A stretch of DNA of 64,000 bases, taken from positions 83,893 to 147,892 of the forward strand of contig CAYJCZ010000002.1 of NCBI GenBank assembly GCA_964368835.1, written 5' to 3'. The translations under genes were made by a program, and so were the position numbers. The stretch is from an uncultured Candidatus Saccharibacteria bacterium (GTDB taxonomy: Bacteria > Patescibacteriota > Minisyncoccia > Phycocordibacterales > UBA6065). Below the pieces are notes generated by a model that was given only the letters and a program-made list of their open reading frames with translations, ran no database searches and had not been told where the DNA came from. Numbering within the stretch: the stretch's first letter is position 1; every line of letters begins with the position of its first letter. This document shows positions 32,144 through 41,338 of the stretch, one piece after another.

Positions 32144-33476
32144 GGGTCAAAACGGTGCAGGTAAGTCCACAATATTTCAGCTCATAACAAAGCATTTAAA
32201 GCCTGAGTCTGGGTCAATAAATATTACCAATGGTCAGACAATCGCTATTTCAAGACAGGTTATTCCTCGTCCAGAGCTCGAGCTCAACGTTCGAGATTTT
32301 TTTCAGAAATGTTTTAAAGAAAAGATTTACGATATTGATCCGCGTATTGATGCTGTTTTGGAAGCAGTAAACTTTCACGCACCTAAGGATAGAATCGTAA
32401 AATCATTCTCAGGAGGACAGCAGGCACGACTTCTGCTTGCGTCCGCTCTTATTCAAGATCCAGACATCCTACTTTTGGATGAGCCGACAAACAATCTCGA
32501 TAAAGCTGGTATCGAGCACCTTACGCACTTTCTCAAGAACTATAAAAAGACGGTTATTGTGATCTCGCACGACGCAGAATTTTTGAATTCATTCTCTGAC
32601 GGAGTTTTGTACCTTGATGTTCATACTCGAAAAGTTGAACAGTATGTTGGCGACTATCTTGATGTGCTCAAAGACATCACAGCACGAGTAGAAAAAGAAA
32701 ATCGAGCAAATGCGCTTTTGGCTAAGGAAATTCAGGCAAAGAAGGATCAGGCAAACATGTTTGCTAATAAAGGAGGGCAGATGCGACTTGTGGCAAAGCG
32801 TATGCGAGAAAAAGCAGAAGAGCTCGAAGAGGACATTGTCGAGGTTCGAAAGGAAGATAAGACCATTCGACCGTTTACAATTCCTTCTCAGCCAGATTTT
32901 ACAGGTGTGATACTTAACATTACGTCGTATAAAGTTATAAAAAATCATAAGGCAATTAGACGAACTGCAAGCGTTAAGCTCAAGCGAAAGCAGCATCTCT
33001 TGCTTCGTGGTCCAAACGGTATCGGCAAATCAACTCTTCTTGAAGAGCTTGCTTCAGGTAAATCAGAAGGTGCAGTTATCTCAGAAGGTATTCGTGTGGG
33101 TTATTATCGACAAGATTTTTCTACACTTAATTTTGAGGATACCGTGTATGAATCACTCCTTTCTGCATCTGCAACTCATATTGAACAAAATATTCGCGCA
33201 ACCGCTGCAGGCTTTCTCATTCATGCAGACATGCTTGATACAAAAATTGGCGCTTTGTCAGAAGGGCAGAAGGGTCTTGTAGCATTTGCACGACTTGTAC
33301 TTCAAAAGCCTGGTCTACTTATCCTCGACGAGCCAACAAACCATATAAACTTCCGCCATATCCCAATTATTGCAAAGGCTCTTGATGAATATGAGGGTGC
33401 GATGATTCTTGTTTCTCACGTTCCTGAATTCGTCTCTCAGATTCGCATCGACGAAACTCTTGATCTCGAGAAGTAG
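32025..33476 (+). CDS. ABC-F family ATPase (two tandem ABC domains, no TMD)
   Basis: Two Walker A motifs (GQNGAGKST, GPNGIGKST), two ABC signatures (LSGGQQARL, LSEGQKGLV) and two Walker B motifs (LLLDEPTN, LILDEPTN), with a linker between them. Confidence 0.8.
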   Translation: MASTDVVLRFDDVSFEYGHNKPILDEVDFSVRRGSKITIMGQNGAGKSTIFQLITKHLKPESGSINITNGQTIAISRQVIPRPELELNVRDFFQKCFKEKIYDIDPRIDAVLEAVNFHAPKDRIVKSFSGGQQARLLLASALIQDPDILLLDEPTNNLDKAGIEHLTHFLKNYKKTVIVISHDAEFLNSFSDGVLYLDVHTRKVEQYVGDYLDVLKDITARVEKENRANALLAKEIQAKKDQANMFANKGGQMRLVAKRMREKAEELEEDIVEVRKEDKTIRPFTIPSQPDFTGVILNITSYKVIKNHKAIRRTASVKLKRKQHLLLRGPNGIGKSTLLEELASGKSEGAVISEGIRVGYYRQDFSTLNFEDTVYESLLSASATHIEQNIRATAAGFLIHADMLDTKIGALSEGQKGLVAFARLVLQKPGLLILDEPTNHINFRHIPIIAKALDEYEGAMILVSHVPEFVSQIRIDETLDLEK

Positions 33477-33501
33477 GCTTTTGTGAGATAATCTAACTCT
33501 A

Positions 33502-34539
33502 ATGAAACATCGTATATTTACGACGTCTGAAAGAGCCTGGGATGCAATGCAGGTGGCTATTGCTGGGGCAAATAAAAGCGTCTATTTACAGATGTATATT
33601 GTGGGAGATGATCCAGAAGGACGCGAGTTCTTGGGGGAGCTTGAAAACGCTGCAAAGCGAGGAGTTCGTGTGATAGCGCTTCTTGATACGGTAGGAAGCT
33701 TTACGCTCGACAATGATTTTGTTACCCAACTAAGAACCGCTGGGGTAGAAGTTGTCTTTAGTAGTTTCTTTTTTCAGCGCATGCATCGGAAAGTTTTGAT
33801 AATTGATGAAACTGTTGCGTTTATTGGAGGTGTGAATGTGGGTAAAAGTTATGCTCGTTGGAAAGATCTTCAGGTTGAAGTGAAAGGGAGCGTTGTTCAT
33901 ACTGTTTTACGGTCTTTTGTTCGTATGTATAAAAGGTGTGGTGGTAAGGAAGAATTTGATACTACTATACCGCTCGTGGGTCCTATGAAGAAGGCAAAGC
34001 TCTGGTTTATAGATCACGGCATTGGTAAAAGGAGCGGATTGTTCCGTGAATACTACGAAAAGAGGTTAAGGCAAGCGCGCTCATCGATCGTGCTTGTAAC
34101 TCCGTATCTTTTGCCGCCAAGATGGTTTATTGCAGAGCTTCATCAGGCTATTATTCGTGGGGTAAGTGTGGAAGTTATTTTGCCTGAGTACACTGATTAT
34201 CGAATGATAAACGGAGTTAATCGTTCCTTTGCATCTTTTTTAAATTCAATTGGCGCGAGATGTTATTTTATGCGAGGAATGAATCATGCAAAGGCGATGA
34301 TTGTAGATAATAGAGAAGCGGTAATTGGCTCACTCAATCTCGATCGACTTTCTTTTAATTGGAACATTGAGGCGGGAATATTTTTTAGTGAACCAGATAT
34401 GATTCGGGATCTTTTGGTAATTGTGGATGAATGGAAAAAAGATTCGCGCGTGGTGGAAAAAGGCGAAGCGAAATTTAGGTGGTATGACTTTCCAGTGGCT
34501 TCTTTATTGCGTTTATTTGGATTTTTGCCTCTTTTCTAG
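33502..34539 (+). CDS. phospholipase D-like (cardiolipin synthase family) protein
   Basis: Two HKD motifs: HRKVLIIDETVAFIGGVNVG and HAKAMIVDNREAVIGSLNLD. Confidence 0.8.
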   Translation: MKHRIFTTSERAWDAMQVAIAGANKSVYLQMYIVGDDPEGREFLGELENAAKRGVRVIALLDTVGSFTLDNDFVTQLRTAGVEVVFSSFFFQRMHRKVLIIDETVAFIGGVNVGKSYARWKDLQVEVKGSVVHTVLRSFVRMYKRCGGKEEFDTTIPLVGPMKKAKLWFIDHGIGKRSGLFREYYEKRLRQARSSIVLVTPYLLPPRWFIAELHQAIIRGVSVEVILPEYTDYRMINGVNRSFASFLNSIGARCYFMRGMNHAKAMIVDNREAVIGSLNLDRLSFNWNIEAGIFFSEPDMIRDLLVIVDEWKKDSRVVEKGEAKFRWYDFPVASLLRLFGFLPLF

Positions 34540-34575
34540 ATTGGTTGACAAAAGTAGGTTGGTGGGTTAGTTTGC

Positions 34576-34917
34576 ATGTATAACCCTGCAATTCTGAAGC
34601 CCTTTATGAATATCTTTATAGTGGTAGCTGTACCAAACATGCTGCCTTTCGACGAGCCGATTCCGGTCATCGCAAGGGAATATGATCCTCGTCTTGCGTA
34701 TCTAGCCGCACACGCATGCATGATCGATCGGCATTCAATTTACATCAGAGTTTCCATCTATGAAGTCCCCCACGACTATGACATCGAAAAAATCAAAAAC
34801 CGCCAGCCTGAAATCCCGAAACCAGTTTTTACCGCGTATGAGGATCTCGGGTACAAATGGCGGCAAGAAGTCGACCCGCGTTTCGAGGACAGTGCGTCCG
34901 TAGCAATCGTGGCGTAG
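34576..34917 (+). CDS. hypothetical protein
   Basis: 113-aa ORF followed by a strong terminator. Confidence 0.5.
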   Translation: MYNPAILKPFMNIFIVVAVPNMLPFDEPIPVIAREYDPRLAYLAAHACMIDRHSIYIRVSIYEVPHDYDIEKIKNRQPEIPKPVFTAYEDLGYKWRQEVDPRFEDSASVAIVA

Positions 34918-34940
34918 TGGCACATTTAGTCAGTGTCTCT

Positions 34941-34967
34941 GCCGGATCAAAGGATCCGGTTTTTTTA
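34941..34967 (+). terminator. rho-independent terminator
   Basis: GCCGGATC-aaa-GGATCCGG hairpin followed by TTTTTTTATT. Confidence 0.8.
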
Positions 34968-35014
34968 TTGATTAAAGCTATGTGTAGTAAAATGGATATT
35001 AATAAACTTAATAC

Positions 35015-35734
35015 ATGAAAATAATACAAAAAGGGGTTTCTTATAGCTCGAACAGACTTAAGCAACTATTTTGGACTTCGTTGATTATTTTTAATTCAGT
35101 TGCAATTGGATATGCTTGCTGGTCTGCTGTACAAAAGAACCCAGATTTTTCCAATCAAACCAAACTCTTTTTATTACTTATCGCATATGGTGGGCTGGGT
35201 ATGTTTTTCTATTTTATTAGACATAGATTTATTGACCTCATTATTAATAATATTTTAGGAAAAAGAGGGGAAGATTCGATTGCGAATGTGCTTTCCGAGA
35301 GTCTTGATGATCGTTATACATATATTCGTAATTACAAGATGTCTTTTTGGGGTGATATTGATGGTATTTTGGTAGGTCCTTCAGGTGTAACTATTCTTGA
35401 GGTTAAGTATTATTCCCCGAAGAGTTTTGAAATATTAAATGGAGTTTTTTATCGAGTCGATAAAAATAAATTTAAAAGAATTGGCCGTAAGCCGTTTTGG
35501 CAGATAGACCAGCAAAAAAGATATTTGGTGCGTGTATTTAATGAGCAAAACATTAATCAACCCTATATTCGCACTTTGATTGTTTTAGCGCATGGTCATT
35601 TGATTAAAATTTTTGGGAAAACTCATACCTATGTCGTAGAAAAGGATAAGCTTCTGGAGCAGCTGGGTCGGGATATTAATGATAGGTTTTCAAAGGAATA
35701 TGTAGAGAGAGTAGTTAGTATCCTCAATAAATAA
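35015..35734 (+). CDS. membrane-anchored NERD (nuclease-related domain) protein
   Basis: Two N-terminal TM helices, then GKRGEDSIANVLSESLDDRYTYIRNYKMSFWGDIDGILVGPSGVTILEVKYYS, matching the NERD signature. Confidence 0.7.
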   Translation: MKIIQKGVSYSSNRLKQLFWTSLIIFNSVAIGYACWSAVQKNPDFSNQTKLFLLLIAYGGLGMFFYFIRHRFIDLIINNILGKRGEDSIANVLSESLDDRYTYIRNYKMSFWGDIDGILVGPSGVTILEVKYYSPKSFEILNGVFYRVDKNKFKRIGRKPFWQIDQQKRYLVRVFNEQNINQPYIRTLIVLAHGHLIKIFGKTHTYVVEKDKLLEQLGRDINDRFSKEYVERVVSILNK

Positions 35735-35809
35735 TGCCCCCTAGTAAGACACGTATTTACTGATGTGTGGATATATCAAAATACAACCCCTGTGTGATAA
35801 AATCTCTGG

Positions 35810-36502
35810 ATGAAACGAATATTTTTACCATTAGTGTGTGCGTTGCTTGTTGTCGGAATTTTTTATTGGGTAAGTTCAGATAAGAAGGAATCAGGCGATA
35901 CGTCAAAACTTTCAGACAAATACATGCTCGACTATGCGCTCGACGGAGAAGAGCCGGTGGTTGAAACGCCAAAGGCACCAACAGCAGGTACAGCGCTTCC
36001 AAATACTACAAACGATAACAATAAAATCATGACAGCTACACTTAAGACAAATTACGGTGACATTGTAATTGAATTTAATCCAAGCACACCAAAGACCGTT
36101 GAGAACTTTGTAAAACTCGCACAAGCAGGTTTTTATGACGGCACCAAATTCCACAGAATCATTAAAGACTTTATGAACCAAGGAGGCGATCCTTTGACCA
36201 AGGACGATTCAAAGAAAGCTTACTGGGGCACAGGTGGTCCTGGATATAAGTTTGCTGATGAAATAGGTGCAGATAATTATAATCTTCCAGGCACTATTTC
36301 GATGGCGAATGCTGGTCCAAATACCAACGGAAGTCAGTTCTTCATCAACGTAGGTGATAATAGTTTTCTTGATACCAAGCACACCGTATTCGGCAAGGTA
36401 ACAAAGGGTCTTGAAGTTGTGATGACAATCAACTCAGTCAAAACAGGTGAAGCAGACAGGCCTCTTGAGCCCGTCACACTCCTCAAGGTTGAAGTAAAAT
36501 AA
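35810..36502 (+). CDS. cyclophilin-type peptidyl-prolyl cis-trans isomerase, membrane-anchored/secreted
   Basis: N-terminal TM helix. [42 protein letters not shown] and HTVFGKV cyclophilin motifs. Confidence 0.9.
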   Translation: MKRIFLPLVCALLVVGIFYWVSSDKKESGDTSKLSDKYMLDYALDGEEPVVETPKAPTAGTALPNTTNDNNKIMTATLKTNYGDIVIEFNPSTPKTVENFVKLAQAGFYDGTKFHRIIKDFMNQGGDPLTKDDSKKAYWGTGGPGYKFADEIGADNYNLPGTISMANAGPNTNGSQFFINVGDNSFLDTKHTVFGKVTKGLEVVMTINSVKTGEADRPLEPVTLLKVEVK

Positions 36503-36509
36503 ATCACGT

Positions 36510-36890
36510 ATGCCGTTTCGGTTCTTCATACGACGGAGACGATCGACGCGATCGAAGACCGAATACATAAAGCACAAGGAAGCTGCGCGGGAACTTGTTC
36601 TGCGCAGACTTTCGTATTTCAATCAATTCTATGGGTATAAGGTAGGAAAGGTGGCGATTAGAAATCAAAAATCTCGCTGGGGATCTTGTTCTACAAAAGG
36701 AAATTTAAATTTCAACTATAAACTTGCCATTATTCCGTCTCATCTTGCTGATTATGTGATTGTCCATGAGCTATGCCATTTGGGTGAGTTTAATCATTCA
36801 CAAAAATTTTGGGATTTAGTTGCAAAGACAATGCCGGGGTATAAAGAAATGAGGAACGAGTTAAAACACATTGCAATGTCATGTATATAA
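36510..36890 (+). CDS. YgjP-like (DUF45, M48-related) metal-dependent hydrolase
   Basis: WGSCSTKGNLNFNYKLAIIP...YVIVHELCHL..NHS..FW motif block. Confidence 0.75.
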   Translation: MPFRFFIRRRRSTRSKTEYIKHKEAARELVLRRLSYFNQFYGYKVGKVAIRNQKSRWGSCSTKGNLNFNYKLAIIPSHLADYVIVHELCHLGEFNHSQKFWDLVAKTMPGYKEMRNELKHIAMSCI

Positions 36891-37111
36891 AAGTAACCGC
36901 AAAAGCAGGTTCAAAGAAGGATGCTGTATCAGAAAAGAACGGTCGATATATTGTTGAGACGCGCGCAAAAGCAAAAGAAGGTGAGGCAAACGATGCTGTG
37001 CTTATTCTGCTCGCACGTCATCTAGGCGTAGCAACAAAACAGTTGTCGCTTGTTCGAGGTTCTGACAGGCCATCAAAGCTCTACATCTTTATGACTGAAA
37101 AGCATCTGTAA
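36881..37111 (+). CDS. DUF167 (YggU/UPF0235) family protein
   Basis: IKVTAKAGSKKDAV...YIVETRAKAKEGEANDAVLILLARHLGV...LVRGSDRPSK matches DUF167. Overlaps the upstream gene by 10 nt. Confidence 0.7.
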   Translation: MYIKVTAKAGSKKDAVSEKNGRYIVETRAKAKEGEANDAVLILLARHLGVATKQLSLVRGSDRPSKLYIFMTEKHL

Positions 37112-37122
37112 TTTATAATTTC

Positions 37123-37374
37123 GTGCCTTATTTTCTTTACATACTCAAATGTTCTGACGGCACGTTGTATACAGGAATAACAACTGATCTTGAAAGGAGG
37201 GTGCGAGAACATAATATGGGCAAAACTGGTGCAAAATACACTCGAATACGCAGACCTGTCGCTTTGGTGTATTCGAAACAATTCAAAGACAGGTCAAAAG
37301 CATCGATCGCAGAAGCTCACATGAAAAAGCTCCCTCGTTCAGAAAAACTAGCACTCGTGGATGCAAGCTGTTAG
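37123..37374 (+). CDS. GIY-YIG nuclease family protein (UPF0213-like)
   Basis: YFLYILKCSDGTLYTGITTDLERRVREHNMGKTGAKYT is a GIY-YIG core. Confidence 0.85.
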   Translation: MPYFLYILKCSDGTLYTGITTDLERRVREHNMGKTGAKYTRIRRPVALVYSKQFKDRSKASIAEAHMKKLPRSEKLALVDASC

Positions 37375-37377
37375 GCT

Positions 37378-37647
37378 GTGCTTATGAATGAAATACATAC
37401 AGATGAACAAGAGGGCTTTCCAATGAGAATAAACAAGTATCTTGCTATACAGGGCAGGGGTTCTCGGCGTGAAATGGATAAACTCGTAGAAGAGGGAAAG
37501 GTGCTTGTAAACGGTAAAGTTGCTGTTTTGGGTACGAAAATAAATCAAAGCGACAAAGTAGAAGTGCGCTTTCACGGTACAAAAGAAAAACAGAGAGGGA
37601 ACCAAATGGCTTTAGACAGGCGCTCAAGAAAATTCCACAGAAAGTAG
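37378..37647 (+). CDS. S4-domain RNA-binding protein (likely start at 37423, MRINKYL)
   Basis: MRINKYLAIQGRGSRREMDKLVEEGKVLVNGKVAV is an S4 fold; the first 15 codons of the ORF are probably 5' extension. Confidence 0.7.
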   Translation: MLMNEIHTDEQEGFPMRINKYLAIQGRGSRREMDKLVEEGKVLVNGKVAVLGTKINQSDKVEVRFHGTKEKQRGNQMALDRRSRKFHRK

Positions 37648-37707
37648 ACTTGCGCTCAGTCATAATTTTGATGGGTAATTTAAGTTATTCACAGCTAATC
37701 TCTTGCA

Positions 37708-37725
37708 GGTGAACTCTGGTTCACC
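37708..37725. promoter_or_regulatory. candidate LexA operator (Cheo-type SOS box, GAAC-N4-GTTC) upstream of small ORF plus lexA
   Basis: Perfect 18-bp palindrome GGTGAAC-TCTG-GTTCACC, 40 nt upstream of the 37766 ATG. Confidence 0.6.
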
Positions 37726-37765
37726 TATACTAACTACATAAGATTAACGGCTTAAACAAACGATT

Positions 37766-37975
37766 ATGACAAAACACGCAACAATAAAGGCACTTGAATA
37801 CGAGCTTGATATAATTAACAGGCAGATTGATATGAAGATAATTACAGGCAGGGCATACAAGAAGGATGCACTTCGTCACAAGTCACTCCTAGCCCAGCTT
37901 CGCAACCTTAAGGCTCAGGAAAGCTTTAGCTGGTTTAATCGATTCTCACATACGTTTGCGACGTTTATGTTCTAA
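37766..37975 (+). CDS. small hypothetical protein (69 aa), apparently co-transcribed with lexA
   Basis: ORF ends 2 nt before lexA; the SOS box lies upstream. Confidence 0.45.
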   Translation: MTKHATIKALEYELDIINRQIDMKIITGRAYKKDALRHKSLLAQLRNLKAQESFSWFNRFSHTFATFMF

Positions 37976-37977
37976 AT

Positions 37978-38550
37978 TTGATGATAGATACTTACAAGCA
38001 AAAAATCATAGCGTTCTACGAAAAGCATAAAAGGATGCCTGGCTATAAAGAGCTTATGACTCTTACTGGTTTCAAATCTAAAAATGCCGTCTTTAAGCTG
38101 ATTTCAAAACTCGTAGATATGGGGATCCTCTCCAAGGATTCTTCTGGACGAATCACGCTTGTCCGCAATGCTGATGAAATTCCTATGCTTGGATTGGTTG
38201 AAGCCGGCATCCCTACGATCGCCGAAGAGTCTGTTCTCGACACGCTCAATATCAATGCGTATCTAGTAGAAGACAGAGAGAGTTCATACCTGCTCGAGGT
38301 CAAGGGTGACTCTATGATCGAAGAAGGAATTCGAGAAGGTGACCTCGTGGTTGCGGAAAAGCGCTCTCATGCAAAAGAAGGTGAAATTGTCATCGCCGAG
38401 GTTGATGGTGGTTGGACAATGAAGTTTTACAGAAAAACTAAAAGCGGCCAAATTTATCTCGAGCCTGCTAACAAAAAGTATAAGCCAATCTACCCTGAAT
38501 ACGATTTAAAGATTGCTGCGGTTGTAAAAGGAGTCATAAGAAAGTATTAA
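37978..38550 (+). CDS. lexA: LexA repressor (S24 peptidase)
   Basis: N-terminal winged HTH. Ala-Gly cleavage site in LVEAGIPT, Ser in KGDSM, Lys in TMKFYRK, and the C-terminal beta-strand signature. Confidence 0.85.
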   Translation: MMIDTYKQKIIAFYEKHKRMPGYKELMTLTGFKSKNAVFKLISKLVDMGILSKDSSGRITLVRNADEIPMLGLVEAGIPTIAEESVLDTLNINAYLVEDRESSYLLEVKGDSMIEEGIREGDLVVAEKRSHAKEGEIVIAEVDGGWTMKFYRKTKSGQIYLEPANKKYKPIYPEYDLKIAAVVKGVIRKY

Positions 38551-38551
38551 A

Positions 38552-38575
38552 AAACCCGGACCTGTGTCCGGGTTT
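38552..38575. terminator. bidirectional terminator hairpin
   Basis: ACCCGGAC-ctgt-GTCCGGGT; A-run on one side and T-rich sequence on the other. Confidence 0.65.
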
Positions 38576-38586
38576 ACGATGCTGCT

Positions 38587-39267
38587 CTACTGTGAGAGTG
38601 GAAGGTAGCGATAACCTCCGCTTCCGTCGATTATTGCCTCAAGGCTTTTACCGCTTTTTTCATGGCCAATAAGGGTGCATTTTTTGATAGAGGAGTTATG
38701 GCTGCTGCCATATTTGAGTCCTGTATCGTGGAGTATGCATGTAACCCGCTTGATCCCACCTTCAGAGGCGGCAATGACATTCTTTGCCCATCCCATTGGG
38801 ACATGGATAAAGTGAGGATCCGCAGGAGGGTGTACAGGTCTTTCTCCGTTAATTACGAGAGAGTTACCGATAGATGTAATGGCTGCCCAGGTATGCAATG
38901 GTTTTCCATCCTTGTGACCATTGAGCAATCCATAGCGACCAAAGATATCATCTTTCATATCAACGCCTAGTCCAAAATCCCGTAATTCACCCACGCCGTG
39001 CTGAGCAAAATGTACACGGACTATATCTGCTACCTTAAGAAGCGGGGTCCATCCCCACGACGAGGCTGCACTATCATTAGATCCACCAAAACCCTTGAAG
39101 GTGGCTTTGACGATCTGCGGGAGCACGGTTCTTACGTCTGTAATCGATGACATGTTTTTCCTTGTTGCCTTAAGGCAACTGCATGAGGAACAATGGATAA
39201 CCGGACTGCGATAGCAGGCCAATAAAGTTTCCGCTCTACATACTGCCATCGAAATTATGAGTGTCAA
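38587..39267 (-). CDS. hypothetical protein (His-rich; possible hydrolase)
   Basis: 226-aa ORF with no confidently recognisable domain. Cys-rich first 30 codons may be extension; alternative start at MSSITD. Confidence 0.5.
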   Translation of the reverse strand: MTLIISMAVCRAETLLACYRSPVIHCSSCSCLKATRKNMSSITDVRTVLPQIVKATFKGFGGSNDSAASSWGWTPLLKVADIVRVHFAQHGVGELRDFGLGVDMKDDIFGRYGLLNGHKDGKPLHTWAAITSIGNSLVINGERPVHPPADPHFIHVPMGWAKNVIAASEGGIKRVTCILHDTGLKYGSSHNSSIKKCTLIGHEKSGKSLEAIIDGSGGYRYLPLSQ

Positions 39268-39285
39268 CTATGGTAAGATTTTCAC

Positions 39286-39897
39286 ATGAATAAAATATTT
39301 CTCATTATCGCTTTGATCCTCGTGGTAATTTCACTTGTCATATTTTTACCGAGGAATGAAAAAATAAAAAACTATCCTCCAAAGGATGGTCCAATTGTTG
39401 CATTTGGAGATAGTCTGGTTGCAGGTAACGGTTCGACCCCGGGAAATGATTTTGTTTCGTTGCTTTCAACTAAAATCGGCGAACCTATCATTAATTTGGG
39501 TATTCCTGGGGATACAACAGCCGGGGGACTAGCTCGCATCGATAGTCTGTTTGATGAAAATCCTCGCGTCGTGATTCTTCTTTTGGGTGGAAATGATTTC
39601 ATAAGAAAAGTTGCTCGTGAAGAAACATTTTCAAATCTTCGAGCGATTATCAATAAAATTCAGGCCAGTGGATCGGTCGTGGTGCTTTTGGGGGTACGAG
39701 GAGGACTTCTGGCTGATAGTGCAGACGGTTTGTTTAAAGATCTTGCAAAGGAGACGGGTTCAGCATACGTGCCCAATGTACTTAGCGGACTTTTTGCAGA
39801 CTCTCGCTATATGTCCGATGCGATACATCCAAACGATGCGGGATATATTCGAGTCGCAGATAAAGTATATGAAGTCTTGAAGGATGTAATAAAATAG
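39286..39897 (+). CDS. SGNH/GDSL hydrolase (arylesterase/TesA-like)
   Basis: N-terminal TM helix; VAFGDSLVAGNG block I, LLGGNDF block III, DAIHPNDAGY block V. Confidence 0.85.
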   Translation: MNKIFLIIALILVVISLVIFLPRNEKIKNYPPKDGPIVAFGDSLVAGNGSTPGNDFVSLLSTKIGEPIINLGIPGDTTAGGLARIDSLFDENPRVVILLLGGNDFIRKVAREETFSNLRAIINKIQASGSVVVLLGVRGGLLADSADGLFKDLAKETGSAYVPNVLSGLFADSRYMSDAIHPNDAGYIRVADKVYEVLKDVIK

Positions 39898-39898
39898 A

Positions 39899-40291
39899 AT
39901 GGAAGAGATCCAAAGAAAAGAATTCGAAATAACCGTAGCAAAAGCTTTTGATCGCTTGCCTGACTGGATAAAATCAAAAGTTACCAATGTTGCTATAACA
40001 ACAGAAGATTTTGTTGATACAGAAACAGTTGCCGATATGAACCTTGATTCATATATGGATCTTTTGGGTTTGTATAAAGGTGTACCACAAACAGAAAGGG
40101 AACATGGCACAGGTTTTGCGTATCCTGATACAATTACCATCTATCGTATGCCTGTTATTGAAGAATCACTCGTATCGGGAAAAACTGTAGAAGAAGTGGT
40201 GTTTGAGACACTGTGGCATGAAATCGCACATCATTTTGGTCTTAGTGAGGCCGATGTAGAACGACGAGAGAAAGAAGAATTTGGAAATTAG
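39899..40291 (+). CDS. metallopeptidase-family protein (DUF1025, minimal zincin-like)
   Basis: ETLWHEIAHHFGLSE zinc-binding motif near the C-terminus. Confidence 0.7.
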   Translation: MEEIQRKEFEITVAKAFDRLPDWIKSKVTNVAITTEDFVDTETVADMNLDSYMDLLGLYKGVPQTEREHGTGFAYPDTITIYRMPVIEESLVSGKTVEEVVFETLWHEIAHHFGLSEADVERREKEEFGN

Positions 40292-40796
40292 TATGAAAAC
40301 TATACACGTAAAAGATAAAATGCAGGATGGGTATGAGTACACGCTCACGGCGCCCATGGGGAAAGAATTTGATCCAGAGTTTAAGCCGGACCTGACTCCC
40401 AAAGAGATGCTTGAACTCGGGTCATTTGGCGGTAAGTACATGACGGACTGCACGCATGAATTTCCTGCTGATTGGTTTGAAAAGGCAAAGCTCTGTCCAG
40501 AGAAACATGACGCAAAACTTAATTTTTTTAAAGTGAATGCATCACAACCGCTTTCTGTATGGAAAGAGAAGGGTTGGATTTATAAAGATGATCCACGTGG
40601 TTGGTTTCAATGGTACTGCAGATACTTTATGGGACGACGAATCCCTGACGAAGATGCGCGCCAGATAAAGCGCTGGAAGGCAATGCGAAGGCATATCGCT
40701 CAAGTTGCCCATAAATGCAGAAAAGGTGATTTTTCGTGTAATACCAGGCAAAGACAGGCGCTCCTGCACTGGGCCTACGATTCGAGGAAACTCTAG
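40281..40796 (+). CDS. hypothetical protein
   Basis: 171-aa ORF overlapping the upstream stop by 11 nt; Trp/Cys-containing; no recognisable domain. Confidence 0.5.
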   Translation: MEISMKTIHVKDKMQDGYEYTLTAPMGKEFDPEFKPDLTPKEMLELGSFGGKYMTDCTHEFPADWFEKAKLCPEKHDAKLNFFKVNASQPLSVWKEKGWIYKDDPRGWFQWYCRYFMGRRIPDEDARQIKRWKAMRRHIAQVAHKCRKGDFSCNTRQRQALLHWAYDSRKL

Positions 40797-40836
40797 GATA
40801 ATGGTATTTAATGGCTACGTTGAGCCGTTTAATCGC

Positions 40837-40866
40837 TTGACTTTTGTATTGATATTGTGCTATAAT
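40837..40866 (+). promoter_or_regulatory. sigma70-like promoter (TTGACT-18nt-TATAAT)
   Basis: Consensus -35 and -10 hexamers at 40837-40842 and 40861-40866. Confidence 0.55.
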
Positions 40867-40918
40867 ACATAAGTAAAAGTTCATTGAAGTTGAGTCTGGA
40901 AAGAGAGAAACGATCGAC

Positions 40919-41290
40919 TTGCTGGCACCATGCCATGCGGATCTTAGCTTTCAACCAGACTTAACAATGGCCAATCTAATCGTAAACGACTGCCCTGTAA
41001 TCAAGCAGCTCAATCATATACTCGACGGTCTGAGTACTGTTGAGCATATGGGGCTCGCTACGTTAATTCAAAGTCTAAGGGTAAGGGGATTTGGGAATCT
41101 TCACCTTGTGGACGCAATTCTTGCAGGTAAGATCTGGGAAACAGATTTTACAGTGAGCCTACCATTTAAAAAGGAGGTTCTCATGGCAAAACTGCGCTTC
41201 ATTGCTACATACGATTCCTGTCTCATCGGAAATGAGTTGAGAGTAGATGATATCCACGAAAATTTCCACAACCGAGGAGTTGTAGTGTAG
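40919..41290 (+). CDS. hypothetical protein. Alternative: only the SD-preceded 35-aa micro-ORF 41183-41290 is translated
   Basis: 123-aa ORF without SD. An internal in-frame ATG at 41183 is preceded by AAGGAGG at 7-nt spacing (MAKLRFIATYDSCLIGNELRVDDIHENFHNRGVVV). Confidence 0.35.
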   Translation: MLAPCHADLSFQPDLTMANLIVNDCPVIKQLNHILDGLSTVEHMGLATLIQSLRVRGFGNLHLVDAILAGKIWETDFTVSLPFKKEVLMAKLRFIATYDSCLIGNELRVDDIHENFHNRGVVV

Positions 41291-41309
41291 ACGATTCGTC
41301 TAGACTCTC

Positions 41310-41338
41310 AAGCCGCACTGAAAAGTGCGGCTTTTTTT
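41310..41338 (+). terminator. rho-independent terminator
   Basis: AAGCCGCACT-gaaa-AGTGCGGCTT hairpin followed by TTTTTTTAT. Confidence 0.8.

Noticed and set aside
38662-38970. 102-aa plus-strand ORF
   Set aside because: It lies antisense within the better-supported 226-aa minus-strand gene and downstream of the lexA terminator without a promoter or RBS.
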